From assembly GCF_018977255.1 (NCBI RefSeq), contig NW_024704743.1, positions 11,472,001-11,536,000 on the forward strand: 64,000 nucleotides of DNA, written 5' to 3'. The stretch's first letter is position 1. Each line of letters opens with the position of its first letter. A program made the translations under genes and the position numbers. Origin of the DNA: Callorhinchus milii (lineage: Eukaryota). The notes under the pieces were generated by a model, which worked only from the letters and a program-made list of their open reading frames with translations, was not told the DNA's origin and ran no database searches. Positions 27,190 to 39,417 of the stretch are shown in pieces.

Positions 27190-27365
27190 TTGAACGCTCA
27201 ATGTTTAGAAAACTCTTCTATTCTCAGCTCCAAATTACAAATCAAACAATATAACCCAAAAAAAACCTTCTCATCAGTTCTCCTTGCTTCCTGCTTTTCT
27301 ATTTCCTGATCCCCTTTCAGTGGTCCTACTTTATTGGTCCTTATTTTCTTAAAGAGTGTCCAAAA
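27190..27365 (-). mobile_element. Gypsy LTR (inverted copy with purine tract)
   Basis: Reverse complement aligns to the LTRs at 29228 and 32564; preceded on the minus strand by aaggtagaaga. Confidence 0.75.
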
Positions 27366-27376
27366 TCTTCTACCTT

Positions 27377-29162
27377 CACTGCGAAGAGATGCTAGATTTC
27401 CTTGAATCCAAGATCAAGGGAATTCGCTCCGCGGTCAACATCCACCCATCCCTTCCCTCCCACACTCCAACTCCTACCCACCCTCCCCTACACACCTTCG
27501 TACCCGTTTCCCCACCCTCTGTCACCAAACTCATCCTATCCCTGAAACCCACCACCTGCTCCCTTGACCCCATCCCCACTCCACTCCTTATCTCCCAGCT
27601 CCACCTCCTTGCCCCACATATCACAGACATTGTCAACCTGTCCCTCTCCTCTGGCTCTGTTCCCATTCCCTTAAAAACTGCCACCATCACTCCCACCTTA
27701 AAAAACCCTCCCTTGATGCGTCGCAGCTATCAAGCTACCGGCCCATCTCCAACCTCCCCTTCCTGTCCAAGGTCCTGGAACGAGTTGTCGCCTCCCAGCT
27801 GCGCTCTTTCCTCTCCAACCATTCACTATTCGAACCCCTTCAGTCGGGTTTCCGTGCTGCCCATAGCACAGAAACTGCCCTGGTCAAGGTCACCAATGAC
27901 ATCCTGACCATCTGTGACCAGGGCTCCCTCTGCCTCCTCGTCCTCCTCGACCTATCGGCAGCATTCGATACGGTCGACCATGCTATCCTCCTCCACCGCT
28001 TGTCCTCCCACCTAAACCTTCAAGGCCCTGTCCTTGAGTGGTTTAGGTCGTACCTCTCCCAACGTCTTCACTTTGTCTCCACAAATGGTTTTTCCTCCGG
28101 CCCCCGCACTGTCTCGTGCGGTGTCCCTCAGGGTTCTGTCCTCGGTCCCCTCCTCTTCACCCTCTATATGCTCCCCCTGTGGTGACATCATCCGCAGACA
28201 TTGGGTTAACTTCCACATGTATGCGGATGACACCCAACTCTACCTTTCCTCCTCTACCCTCAACTCCACGACCACCGATGTCCTGACAGCTGCCTGTGCG
28301 ACATCGAGTCCTGGACAAGAGATAACTTTCTCCAGCTCAACGTGCGTAAAACTGAGGCCCTCCTGATTGGCTCATGTCAGCTCCTCCGCACCTCAGGCGC
28401 TGACAGCATCAGCATCCAAGGCTGCACTCTCCACCTCTCAAAGCCACCTCTCTGTTCGACCCTGAGCTGTCCTTTCTTCCTCATATCCGCGCCACAACTG
28501 GCACCGCCTTCCATCACCTCCGGAATGTCGCCAGACTATGGTACTACCTCACCCCTCACGCTGCTGAAACTCTGGTCCACGCCTCAAAGCTGGACTATGG
28601 GAACTCTCTCCTCGCCGGCCTTCCCGGCACCTCCCTCCACAAGCTGCAGGTCATTCAGAACTCTGCAGCTCGTGTACTGTCCTGCACCAGGCTTCGTGAC
28701 CACATCACTCCCACCCTCGCTCGCCTCCACTGGCTCCCCATCCCCCAGAGGATCGAATTCAAGATCCTCATCCTCACTACAAGACCATTCACGGCCTTGC
28801 TCCCTCCTATCTCTCTGACCTACTATCCCCCTACCTACCTGCCCATACCCTCCGTTCCTCTGGCTCCGGTCTGCTCCACATCCAGGTCTTTAGCCTCTCA
28901 GCCCCTCGGCTCTGGAACTCTATCCCCCAGTGCCTTTGCCTTGCTTCCTCCCTTTCCTCCTTCAAGACCGGTCTCAAGACCTTTCTCTTTGATCGTGCCT
29001 TCAGCTCCCCTCTCGACTCTCTACCCCCTCCTCACTCCCTCCCTTCTCTCCCCTCACCGACCATTTCCCCCCTGCTCGGGTCCTGACCCAACTGTACAGC
29101 ACCTTGGGACGTCCTCCCGACGTGAAAGGCGCTCAATAAATGGAATCTTGTGGTTGTTGTTG
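27377..29162 (+). mobile_element. Young 5'-truncated L2 LINE, frameshifted
   Basis: [64 protein letters not shown]; 3' hairpin and (TTG)n-like tail. Confidence 0.95.
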
Positions 29163-30037
29163 TACTTTTTGGTTTTTTCTTATTTTGTTCTCTCTGTGTC
29201 TCCTACACTGACTCTAGTTCTGCTGGGTGTTGGATACCCATTAAGACAATAAGGAACTAGGACCAATGAAAGGGTATCAGGAGGTAGAAAGGCAGGAAGT
29301 AGGGAGAACTGACTAGAGGGTTTATGGTAGTATTCTTTGATTTGTAACTTGGGAGCTGAGAATAAAAGAGTTTTGAGGTGAGGGAAAAAAATAGAGAGAG
29401 AAAGGGGTCCGATATCAGGCTTCGCCTGAGAGGAGACTGGAGAAAGAACGGTAAAAAAGCCTGGTCTTTCCCTGTTTAGGGAAAACCGGGTTTAAATTTT
29501 TGCCTAGTCATGGGGGAAAAGAATAGGAGTGGGAAGGTAAAGGAGAGGAGGAAGAAGAAGATGGAAAGTAGTTTGGAAGAAGGTGAAATAGAGAGTAAGG
29601 TGTGTAGAAGCACCAGGAGGCATAGGATAAGAAGTAGGGGGTGAAAATAGCAGGGAAGCTGAAAGCAGAGACGGGGGAAAAAAGTAAGATTAGAAGTGAG
29701 AGAAATGGTGGTGGAGACAAGCGAAGTGAAAGCAGAAGTAGGGAGGAGAAGGGGAAAGGAAAGAAAAGTGGAACTGAGAAAGTAGTGAGGAAAAGAGAGG
29801 AGGAGGAAAAAAGTGAGAAAGCTGCTGTGAAGCAAAGTGGGAAAACAGCAGAGAAGGATAGAGAAGTGAGTGGAAATAAGATAGCAGGGACTGAGATGGT
29901 CATGGAAGTGAAGACAAAGGCAGATGATGGCGAAGACGCGGCGGAAGCCGTGGGCCAGCGGAGGTAGCGCCAAAAGACGCTGTGTGAAGCCATAAGGCCG
30001 TGAAGATAGGGCACAAAGATGCGGTGAAACAAAATAT

Positions 30038-30295
30038 CATCAACAACAACAAAACTACATTTTTATAGTACTTTTCACATTGGGTGGACATCCCAAGGCG
30101 CTGGACAATCAGTGTTGCAGACCCGAGCTGGGGGTTGGGATTGAGAGGGTGGAGGGCAGTGGAGAAAGGAGGGTGATTGAAGACATGGTTGAAGAGGTGG
30201 GTCTTGAGATGGGTCTTGAAGGAGGCAAGGGAGGCGGTGAGTTTGAGGCACTGTGAGATGGAGTTTCAGAGGGTGGGAGCAGAGTGGCTGAATGT
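30038..30295 (-). mobile_element. L2 3' fragment nested in the Gypsy element
   Basis: (CAA)n tail and L2 3' UTR. Confidence 0.75.
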
Positions 30296-30297
30296 TA

Positions 30298-31925
30298 ATG
30301 TCATTACAAGAGAATATACAGCTGGAAGAACCCATTAAAGATAAATTGGAAAAGGGGAAAAGCAGACTATTGGCCTATAATAAAGGAGAAATAGAAACAG
30401 TGGGCAGAGCAGCTATCAAAGTGGTGTACAGAGAGAGATCATACAAGGTAAAGTTTCATATTGTAAAATTAAAAGCCGATACTCCGCTCGGACTGCAAGA
30501 TATAATAATAATAATCCTTGCATTTGATATAGCGCTTTTCACATTTTCTAAACGTCTCAAAGCGCTTCACAGGACAGTAAAGTGAATTGAATGTATATTT
30601 GTGGGCGAAATGCGGCAGCCAATTGTGCACAGCAGCGTCCCACGAACAGTCATGGATTGAAAATGACCAATTTATTACTGTTTTTTGGTTTTGGAGGGAT
30701 TATTATTAGGCTCTGTGTGGAGTAAGGAAACTTGCCCAAGGTTTTGCCCTGCCTGGAATTGAACCCAGGTGTCTCGTTTGCAAGGTGAGTGCTCTAACCA
30801 CTGAGCTACAGGACTCCACAATATCATTGAAATAGGATTGCTCAAAATAATTTGGAGTGTGGAGACAGAAATCTACAAACAAATGGAGACGGAAGAAATA
30901 GTGGAAACAGGTTTTTGAAAAAAGGGGACCGATGAAAGTCGATTAAATACACAATATGATTAAAAGAAAAACGAGTAATACTGATGCTTATAAGAGTGCC
31001 AGAAGCATTGAAAAAGATAATTTAGATAAAGTGGAAATTGACCAGACAAAAAGAAAAGTAGAGAACCCACTGATTGGATAAATGTCGTGGTAACTGTAGA
31101 AAAAACAGATACATCATTAAGAGTATGTCTCAACCCACGACAATTGAACAAAGCAATAAAAAGGGAGCACTATGCAATACCTACTTTAGAGGAAATTCAT
31201 ACGCTCCTGTATGGAGCCAAATTTTTCTTGACATTAGACTGTTCATCCAGGTATTGGCAGGTCAAATTGTCAGAGGAAAGTGCATATTGGACAACACTTA
31301 TGATGCCTTACGAGAGATATTGCTTCCACAGAATGCCATTTGGCATCAAATCAGCTGAAGAGGTATCTCAGAAAAAACTGTCACAAATAAATAAAAGGAA
31401 TACCAGGAGTCATAAACTATACTGATAACATCCTAATATATAGATGAACGCAAAAGGAACATAATGAAAGTTTGAAGCAGATACTGAAAAATGTTTGAAG
31501 GAAAATGTAAAATTGAACAAGGAAAAATGACATAGGAGTAAATAAAGTCAAAATATTTAGGACACATAATTACCTAGGATGGGTTAAAAATTGATGCACA
31601 AAAAGTAACTGTGATCACAAAAATGCCTGCACCTAGGAACTGATTTGTTTTATTATAATAACCCAAACTACTTAATAATAACTATACATAATGACTATAC
31701 ATCGAGACATAGTGAGTATAAGGAGTTGAGTGACACCACATCCAAAACTATAGGGGAAAAACACAAGGAAATCTTTGCCCGGCATGGAATACTAAGAGAG
31801 ATAATTAGTGATAATGGGCCTCAATTTTCAAGCAAGAAATACAAGACATTCACAAGGCAGTGGGAAATAAACCATAAAACAACTTCACGGGGTATCCCCA
31901 AAGCAATGGTCTGATGGACGGGAAA
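30298..31925 (+). pseudogene. Gypsy pol remnants (protease C-terminus, RT, integrase core)
   Basis: LLAYNKGEIETVG..., LRVCLNPRQLNKAIKREHYAIPTLEEI...RMPFGIKSA, degenerate YTDN, FARHGILREIISDNGPQFSS, YPQSNG. Many stops and frameshifts; RNase H region apparently deleted. Confidence 0.85.
30503..30820 (-). mobile_element. tRNA-derived SINE nested in Gypsy pol
   Basis: Complete reverse-complement copy. Confidence 0.9.
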
Positions 31926-32327
31926 TACAGATTATAAAGAAAACACGGAAGAAGGTAGACAATGCAAAGGCAGATAAGCACCTGGCAATTCTGGCCTATA
32001 GAAACATGCCAAAAGACGAGGGACATTCACCAACACAAACACTGATGTCAAGAAGGTTAAGAGATTTGTTAATCTTGGAAGAGAAAAACATTGAGACTTC
32101 AGGTACAACACAATAAAAATGAAGGGAAACCACAAAGTGAACCAGGAAAGGAAACATTTTTTACAAGAGGAAAGAAAATATGGTTTAGAACCATAACCAT
32201 AACCTAAGAAGGTTATGATTAATAACCTTAATAAGATTAATAAGAAGGTTAGACAAAAGGAGAAATTTGGAAGAAGGGTAAAAGCCCAAGATCATATTAG
32301 CTTAAAAATGATAAAGGGAAAATATAT

Positions 32328-32417
32328 AGAAGAACATGAGAAATACGCCAAAGAAGGACAAGAAGGACAAGTTCTTCCAAGAAGAACATGAGAAATACGC
32401 CAAAGAAGGACAAGAAG
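32328..32417. repeat. Short direct duplication in the Gypsy 3' region
   Basis: agaagaacatgagaaatacgccaaagaaggacaagaag occurs twice, 52 bp apart. Confidence 0.85.
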
Positions 32418-33364
32418 AAAAGGAAAAACAGAAGGAAGATCCAAGTATGCCAGAAACATCGAGAACCACCAGGTCAGGAAGAATAGTAAAACCAACAAGG
32501 AGATTAATTGAACAAGACTGAGACATAGAGGGAAAAAAAAAGAATAAACCAAAAAAAGGAAGATGTTGGATACTCTTTACAAAATAAGGAACCAATTAAC
32601 TAGGACTAATGGAAGGGGATCAGGAGGTAGAAAAGGGAGAATTGGATAGAGAGTTTCTGTCAGGATTGTTTGATTTGTAGCTTGTGAGCTGAAAATAAAA
32701 GTTTTCTACACATTGAGTGTTGAGAACATAACACTGAGGCAGAATCCATATTGGCCTTTCTGAGGGAACTCAACAAATACCTTAAAAAGAGTCAACTACA
32801 GAGGTATGGGGAAAAGAGCACGTAACTGAGACTGAAAGGATTGTTCTTGAGGGAATTACTCTCAAATAGCTCTGCTGTTTCCCCATCGTACCCGTTGCTG
32901 GTGTTCGCTCCCACCCTGTCTCTATCTAACCTAATTCCCTTGCTCTTTCCCCTATTATACCCATGGTAGTGCTTCTCTCTCTGTCTCTGTGTAACCCCAT
33001 TCCCCTGATCTTTCCCCATCCTACCTGTGCTGGTGCTCACTCCCACATCATCTCTAGCTAACCCGATTCCCCTGCTCTTGGCAGGGTGAGGGTGAATAAT
33101 GAGGCCGATGCCTACGGTGCACAATGCAATCAGCTCAGTGCTTGTTTCTGTGTCAGTTGCTGGGTCACTTGGTACCAAAATAATCCCTTACGTACAGACT
33201 TCATATGGTCTCCTTGTGATAATTTATACAGTGGTTGTTAGCCTGTTAGCAGTCAGTAACCCTCTCACATCTGTGTCAGAGTGATGAGCATTCAATCTTC
33301 CCCTAGGAACCTTGAGTTCATAGTCTAAGATGACACTCCAGTGCATTGCTGGATAGAGTGCTGC

Positions 33365-33615
33365 ATCCACACACATCCACACTCAACACGCACATCCACA
33401 CCACACACACACAACACACACACACATACACACACATATCTGCACACCTACACACACACAAATCCATACTCAACACATACACACAACACTCACACACAAT
33501 ACACACATTGTCACTGAATATACACACCCAACACACATACATACACATACAACATACCAAACACCCCACACCCACATCCTCACTCAACACACACACATAC
33601 ACCCATCCATACATA
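33365..33615. repeat. CA-rich low-complexity tract
   Basis: Degenerate (CA)n. Confidence 0.85.
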
Positions 33616-34044
33616 CCCTCAAAATGTAACTCTGACTGCGCTTTTGTCATCTTTCATTTCCTCCTCCCACACTCTGCTCCAGTGCCCAGCTAGGTTATCC
33701 AACGGTTGTGTGAATCTGTGTAATCTCTATTGTTTGAATTGTAAATTCCACCTCAAAACTTACCTCTTCAACTTCGCCTAAGGTCATCTCCCCCTTCCAC
33801 CCCCTCCCTCTCTCGCTGTCAAACCCTGTCCCTGTAGAATGATTCAAGATGTCACCCTATGATGTTGTTATTGTTGTTCACTGATGAAATCAAATTCCTT
33901 GAGAAAACAAATTAGCTACAAGTAAACTCCAGCATCTCCTTATAGTAAACAACATTTTGCACTTGGCTGCAATAGCTGGGGCTTGTTTACTTCCTTGGGA
34001 TGTCCTCCCGCCGTGAAAGGCTCTATACAAATGTAATCTGCTGT

Positions 34045-34275
34045 TGTTATATGTGTGTGTTTGTGTCCATTGAGTGTGTGTTTGTGTGTGTGTGTTTGTG
34101 GTGTGGATGTATGTTTGTGTATGTTGTGTGTATATACATGATTGTGTATGTTGTGTGTGTTTTTGTTTGTTATGTGTGCTTGTGTTGAGTGTGTGTTCAT
34201 AGTGTTTGTGTGTGCATACGTATGGTGTATTTGCGTACGTGATGTGTACAGTGTATATATGGTGTGTGCCTGTGT
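34045..34275. repeat. TG-rich low-complexity tract
   Basis: Degenerate (TG)n. Confidence 0.85.
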
Positions 34276-34280
34276 CATAT

Positions 34281-34533
34281 ATTGTCCCTCGCACCCTCCG
34301 CCCCACCATCGGAGATCGTGCTTTCAGCCACTACGCCACAAAACTCTGGAACACTCTCCCTCAATCCTTCCACCTTGCCCCCTCTCTCCCCTCTTTCAAG
34401 TCCCGCCTGAAAACTTTCGGCCACCTCCCCCCTCCCCCAGCTCAGAGTCAGGCTCCGCCACTGTTAAGCGGTCTGAGACGCTACCCTGCATGAAGGGCAC
34501 TATATAAGTGCAAGTTGTTGTTGTTTGTTGTTG
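34281..34533 (+). mobile_element. L2 3' fragment
   Basis: RPTIGDRAFSHYATKLWNTLP and (TTG)n tail. Confidence 0.85.
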
Positions 34534-34549
34534 TATATGATGTAAATGT

Positions 34550-34812
34550 GCTGTGTGCAATTGGCTGCTGCGTTTCACCACAAACTACAGTCAAATTCAC
34601 TTTACAGTATATCCCGTGAAGCACTTTGAGACATCTCAATGACATGATAAGACGCTATACCAAATGCAAGGATTAATATTATTATATAGCATCTTGCAAG
34701 ATATCGAGATATCTCAAAGCGCTTCACAGGATATACTGTAGAGTGACCGTATATTTTGTGAGCAAAACACGGCAGCCAATTGCGCACAGCGTATCAAATG
34801 CAAGGATTATTC
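34550..34812. repeat. Tail-to-tail inverted SINE 3' halves
   Basis: Plus-strand arm 34550-34683, minus-strand arm to 34790, then a further plus-strand tail piece. Confidence 0.8.
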
Positions 34813-35309
34813 ATTTATCTCTGTCTCTCTCTCTCTCTCTCTGTTTCTCTCTCTATGTCTACCTCATATCTCTCTATGTCTCGCTCTCTCCCTTCCCTAT
34901 CTCTCTGTCTCTCTCCCTGTCTCCGCTTTATGGGAATATTTACATTGCAGTTACTTCTCCTGACTCTCTTCAAAACAAACTCCACCTTCCCCGCTCCAAA
35001 TCCCCCTCTCCCCACACATACACGCACACACAGGTTCCCTACTGTGCCCATCTGTGGTGACTGTATGCCTTCCTGCTGCCATGGGCTCCTCATATTTGCA
35101 GCTCACTCACAGCACTGAGGCCCAGTATAAACAATCCAGCAATCCCCCTCCTTCCCCAACAAAACAACTCTAAACATCTCTTTCACTGCAACTTAAGTAA
35201 GTAATCGTTATTCCACTGTCTTCCCCTCTAGGTGTCCCTCTCAGTTCAGCTCCCAATTAGCTTAGTGGAGCACTTTGAGAGATCATCCTATGAAAGGCAC
35301 TGTGTAAAG

Positions 35310-35595
35310 GTGCCGTCCTTCAGATGAGACGTTAAACCAAGCCTGCTTGTTCAGGTGGATGTTAAAGATCCCATTGCGCTATTCAAAAAGAGAAGGAGAA
35401 TTTCTCTCCTGCTGTCCTGACCAACAATCCCCCAAATAAAATCAGGGGATTCATTCACTTCATGGCTGTTTGAATGTTGCTGTGCGTAAATTGGCTGGCG
35501 CATTAATCCACAAAACACAACTGTGTTTTACTCCACTGTAAATCCTGTGAAGTGCTTTGAGAGGTCCTCCCAACATGAGATTGTAAAGATTGTTA
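35310..35595 (+). mobile_element. DeuSINE-like SINE
   Basis: gtgccgtccttcagatgagacgttaaacc...caggtggatgttaaagatccca, resembling the recalled Deu domain. Confidence 0.75.
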
Positions 35596-35939
35596 TGACT
35601 AACATGTTTCACCTTCTCACCACATTCAGAACAATGCAGAAAAATGTTGACCACATGTCCCTGAATTTTGCATGTGTATTTGTAGGTGAACAGCAGCTGC
35701 TTGGCAGCCATTTTGCACATAACGATGTCCTACAAACAGCCATGAAGTGAGTGAGAAGTTCTCTCCTCTTTTTCAAAGCACCAAAGCATTCTTCCCAATC
35801 TACACCTGAAACCCACTCCTCAGTGTTGAAAGAAGAAATATCGGAGGGGACGTAATAGAGGTGTATAACATTTTAAACAGGATTAAAAATGTAAACCGAA
35901 ATCAATACTTTGTAATACATTGAGGCAGCAGAAGATCTG

Positions 35940-36170
35940 TTTGAAAAGAGAAGGGAGTTTCTCTCTGGTATCCTAGCCAACAAATCCCCAAAATAAAATT
36001 GGTCACACACTCCATGGCTGTTTGTGAGACACTGCTGTGCCAACTGGCTGCCATATTTGCCTACAAACACGCAGTCACCCCACTTCACAGTAAATGCTGT
36101 GAAACGCTTTGGGATGTCCTCTCGATATGAAAGGCGCCATAACAAATGCAAGAATTCTTACTTTTATTAT
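35940..36170 (+). mobile_element. DeuSINE-like 3' half
   Basis: gaaaagagaagggagtttctc through the L2-type hairpin tail. Confidence 0.7.
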
Positions 36171-36519
36171 CATTTTCTTTCTAAGACTGTGTTGAACGTG
36201 TTATCCTGGCAGCTCATGAAGAGGGTTCTGGAAGGAAGCGAGCACTTTCCTGAGTGTGATAGAGATGCTGGCTGTCCCCGCTGGTGGTGAGGTGAGCGGA
36301 GCAAACAGCACACTGAGTGCATCACCCTACATTCATCAAAATATTCATCAAATGTGCACTTGAGCAGAGCCTGTGACACAATCATCACAGCAGTACAGCA
36401 ATGCTGTGAACATCACGTTCAACACAAGGCACCCGGGCAACGTCAGAGCAACTCGTTCTACTTGTCACACACTTAATTGGCAGTAAAGGAGCTGCAATTA
36501 CAGTGGGTGACTAGCAGAT

Positions 36520-37175
36520 TCACACACACTCACAAAAATACATATACACACATAGTCACATTCTCACATTTTCTCACACATACACACGTACTCTCACACA
36601 CACACATTCACACACACACACTCACAAACATACTCACACACACACATTCACACACACATACTCACATACATACACACAGTCACATTCTCACACACCTACT
36701 CATACATTCACAAACACACATACTCACACACATTCACACAAACACTCACAAACATACTCACGCACATACACACTCACACACATACTCACACACATTCACA
36801 CAGTCACATTCTCTAACATACTCACACACATACTCACATTCTCACACACACTCACATTCTCACACATACTCACACACATACTCACCTTCTCACACATACT
36901 CACATACTCACACACTCACATTCACACACAAACTCACAAACATACACACATCGTTACACTCACAAACATTCACACACATACATTCACACACACACTCACA
37001 AACATACTCGTACACATACAAACATATTCACACACATACTCACACTCACATTTACACACATGCTCACACACACACACTCACAAACATACTCACATACACA
37101 CGCACCCACAAACATACTCACACACACTTACATACTCACAGACACACATTCACACACACACACAGACACAAATAC
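36520..37175. repeat. CA-rich minisatellite (CATACTCACACA-like units)
   Basis: Direct inspection. Confidence 0.9.
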
Positions 37176-37629
37176 AATTCTCCAAATTAAATTTCTCATT
37201 CAGCAATCCTTTCAGTCGCATTTACCTGTCTTTTCCACTGTACTTACCCCTGCAGTTTATTCCTTTTATATCTGATATAAGGAGAAATAGTAAAAACCTT
37301 GTGAGTGTGTTTGTGTGTATTTGTTTGCCTTATAAGCACATGGAAAAATATTTACAGAGAACGCACACAATAATTCCTGCGTTAGACATCACGACTTTCA
37401 TGTCGGGAGGATGTCTCAAGCGTGTAACGGAAAAACAATTTAGTCTTAGACAGAAAAAAGCCTTCACAAATCAATCCCATTTTTGACAGTTCCCAATCCT
37501 GGCTTTCTCACCATATCCCCTCAATCCCACCTCTAACTTCTTACGCTGGGGCCCAATTTGTGAGTTGTACAAACCACGCATAAACTATATGTAGAGAAGA
37601 TAGTTACACGAATCCTTTCATTTGATGTT

Positions 37630-37985
37630 TGGGTCAGGCAGGTGTCTGACACATATGGAAATCCATTACCAAGCTTAAGAATATCCAAACTAAACTGAGA
37701 GTTTCACATATGTCTGCCACCTGCAAATGAAAATTTCCATGTCTGGAATGGAATGTGCACTCTCTCCTCAGCGGGACGCACCCTGCTTACCTAATTCCAG
37801 AGAGTATTAGGCACAGGTTGGCAGCAGCCAAAGCTTGGGGACCACAGAGTGTGCATTGGGGTAACAGCTGGAGTCTAACCAGCTAAAACCATGAACTTTG
37901 ATTGACTCAATTCCAACATTCCGGTGACAAGCATGTCACCTTGCAGCCAGCTCAGCCCTGAGGAGGAGACCCTGTCCCCCTACCC
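37630..37985 (-). repeat. Unclassified dispersed repeat, copy C
   Basis: Reverse complement of 38812-39085, plus a segment matching about 23590-23660. Confidence 0.75.
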
Positions 37986-38139
37986 CCCCTCCATGGAGAA
38001 GGATAGATCTCATCATTATGTTTCACTTACATCGAAACAGCTGAGAGCAATTTGGAGTGATTTCTGTTGAGGGAAGATGAGGAGGAAGGCAACCATAGGC
38101 ATGGTTGAACAGATAAGTTGACACATGACAATCTTTCAT

Positions 38140-38375
38140 TGGATATTGTGCCTTTCATGTCAGGAGGACATCTCACTGTAAATTGGAGTGAATGTGTATT
38201 TTGTCAATACCAACGCAGCAGCCAATTTGCACACAGTAATGCCCGACAAACAGCCATTTGAAGGATTATTGGCCAGGACACAGGAAGAAACTCCCTTCTC
38301 TTTTTGAATTGTGCCATGGGATCTTTAATATCCACCTGAACAGGAAGATGGGATCTTGGTTTGACATCTCATCTT
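38140..38375 (-). mobile_element. DeuSINE-like SINE
   Basis: gtgccatgggatctttaatatccacctgaaca is the reverse complement of the Deu-like core. Confidence 0.7.
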
Positions 38376-38554
38376 GAATTTCTATAGCACCAATAATGTC
38401 AAACTTCTCAAAGCGCTTCCCAGTCAACAGTAGTGACCATTTTTGTAAGCAAAGGTGGCACCACCCAAGTTCTATTACTATTTACAAAGTGTGCCCGTGA
38501 CATCTAGTGGTTCAATGTCAATACTGTGCTGACCTTTACTGTATTGGTAGCTTT

Positions 38555-39085
38555 TGGTATTCCAGGGCACTGCTGATGACAGCACAGCCAGCCTGGCTCA
38601 TCAGCGTGTCCTGGAAGGGCAGCCAGTCACTTGGGGCAGGGAATCATCCCACTCAGCTCCTGTTAACCCTGCAAGCCAAAGCCTTAACAGTGGTCCTAGC
38701 AGGACAAGCAGCGGGAAATACAAATACAATACTAAATTACATCTGTATAGCTCTTTTCACGTTGGGAGGACACCCCAAGCTTGCCAGATAGTTCTATCAA
38801 TGGCAAGCTATGCTGGTTTTAGCTGGTTAGCCTCCTGCAGTGCCCCAACACACATTTGGGGTACCGGTCCCCAAGCCTGGGCTCTTGCCAACCTGTGCAT
38901 AATACTCTGAGCAATTAGGTTAGAAGGATGTGTCCCTCCAGGGAGAGAGTGTGCATTCTATTTCAACAATCTATCTATGGGATTTCCATGTGTAGGTGGG
39001 ATGCATTGAATTTGAATTCTCAGTTTAGTTTGGATACTCTTAAGCGTGGTGATGGGTTCCTGCATGTGTCAGACACCTGGCGGAT
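38555..39085 (+). repeat. Unclassified dispersed repeat, copy D (L2 stub at about 38720-38775)
   Basis: Colinear with copy B. Confidence 0.75.
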
Positions 39086-39417
39086 CAAAAAAATGTGATC
39101 ACCATTGATTTTTTCCATCAACAGAATTGCTTCAGGTCCAAAATTACACTGTGTCTTAGAAGCAGGTCCAGTTTGTCTTAAATTGTATGGATACTCAGAA
39201 TTGGGGAAAAGTTCTTGAATTAAGACTTAATGTTTCTCCATGTGATTTTGTGCGATAGGATGAAGGATGAAGGATGAAGTCAAATGGGCCGAGACACCTT
39301 CTTCATCCAAACCTCTCTTTTGATTGTGTGCTTCTTGAAATGAAACTGGCTTCCAAAATAAGACTAGCATTTAAGAATTTTTCACAATTCTGTGCTACTA
39401 CAAATTTTAATAACTGT

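Larger units (their letters stand above)
29228..32733 (+). mobile_element. Degenerate Gypsy/Ty3-type LTR retrotransposon
   Basis: 5' LTR from TGTTGG at 29228, 3' LTR 32564-32733 (TG...CA) after a polypurine tract, flanks CTGGG/CTGAG (possible 5-bp TSD). Protease-region, RT and integrase remnants lie in Gypsy order. Confidence 0.85.

Noticed and set aside
29476..30032. Hydrophobic, membrane-like minus-strand ORFs
   Set aside because: Antisense of a purine-rich stretch inside the Gypsy element.
32878..33078. Diverged direct repeat of about 70 bp
   Set aside because: Only two degenerate copies with no associated structure; likely an old local duplication.
36477..37190. 237-aa His/Thr-rich ORF
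   Set aside because: Translation of a CA-repeat tract.
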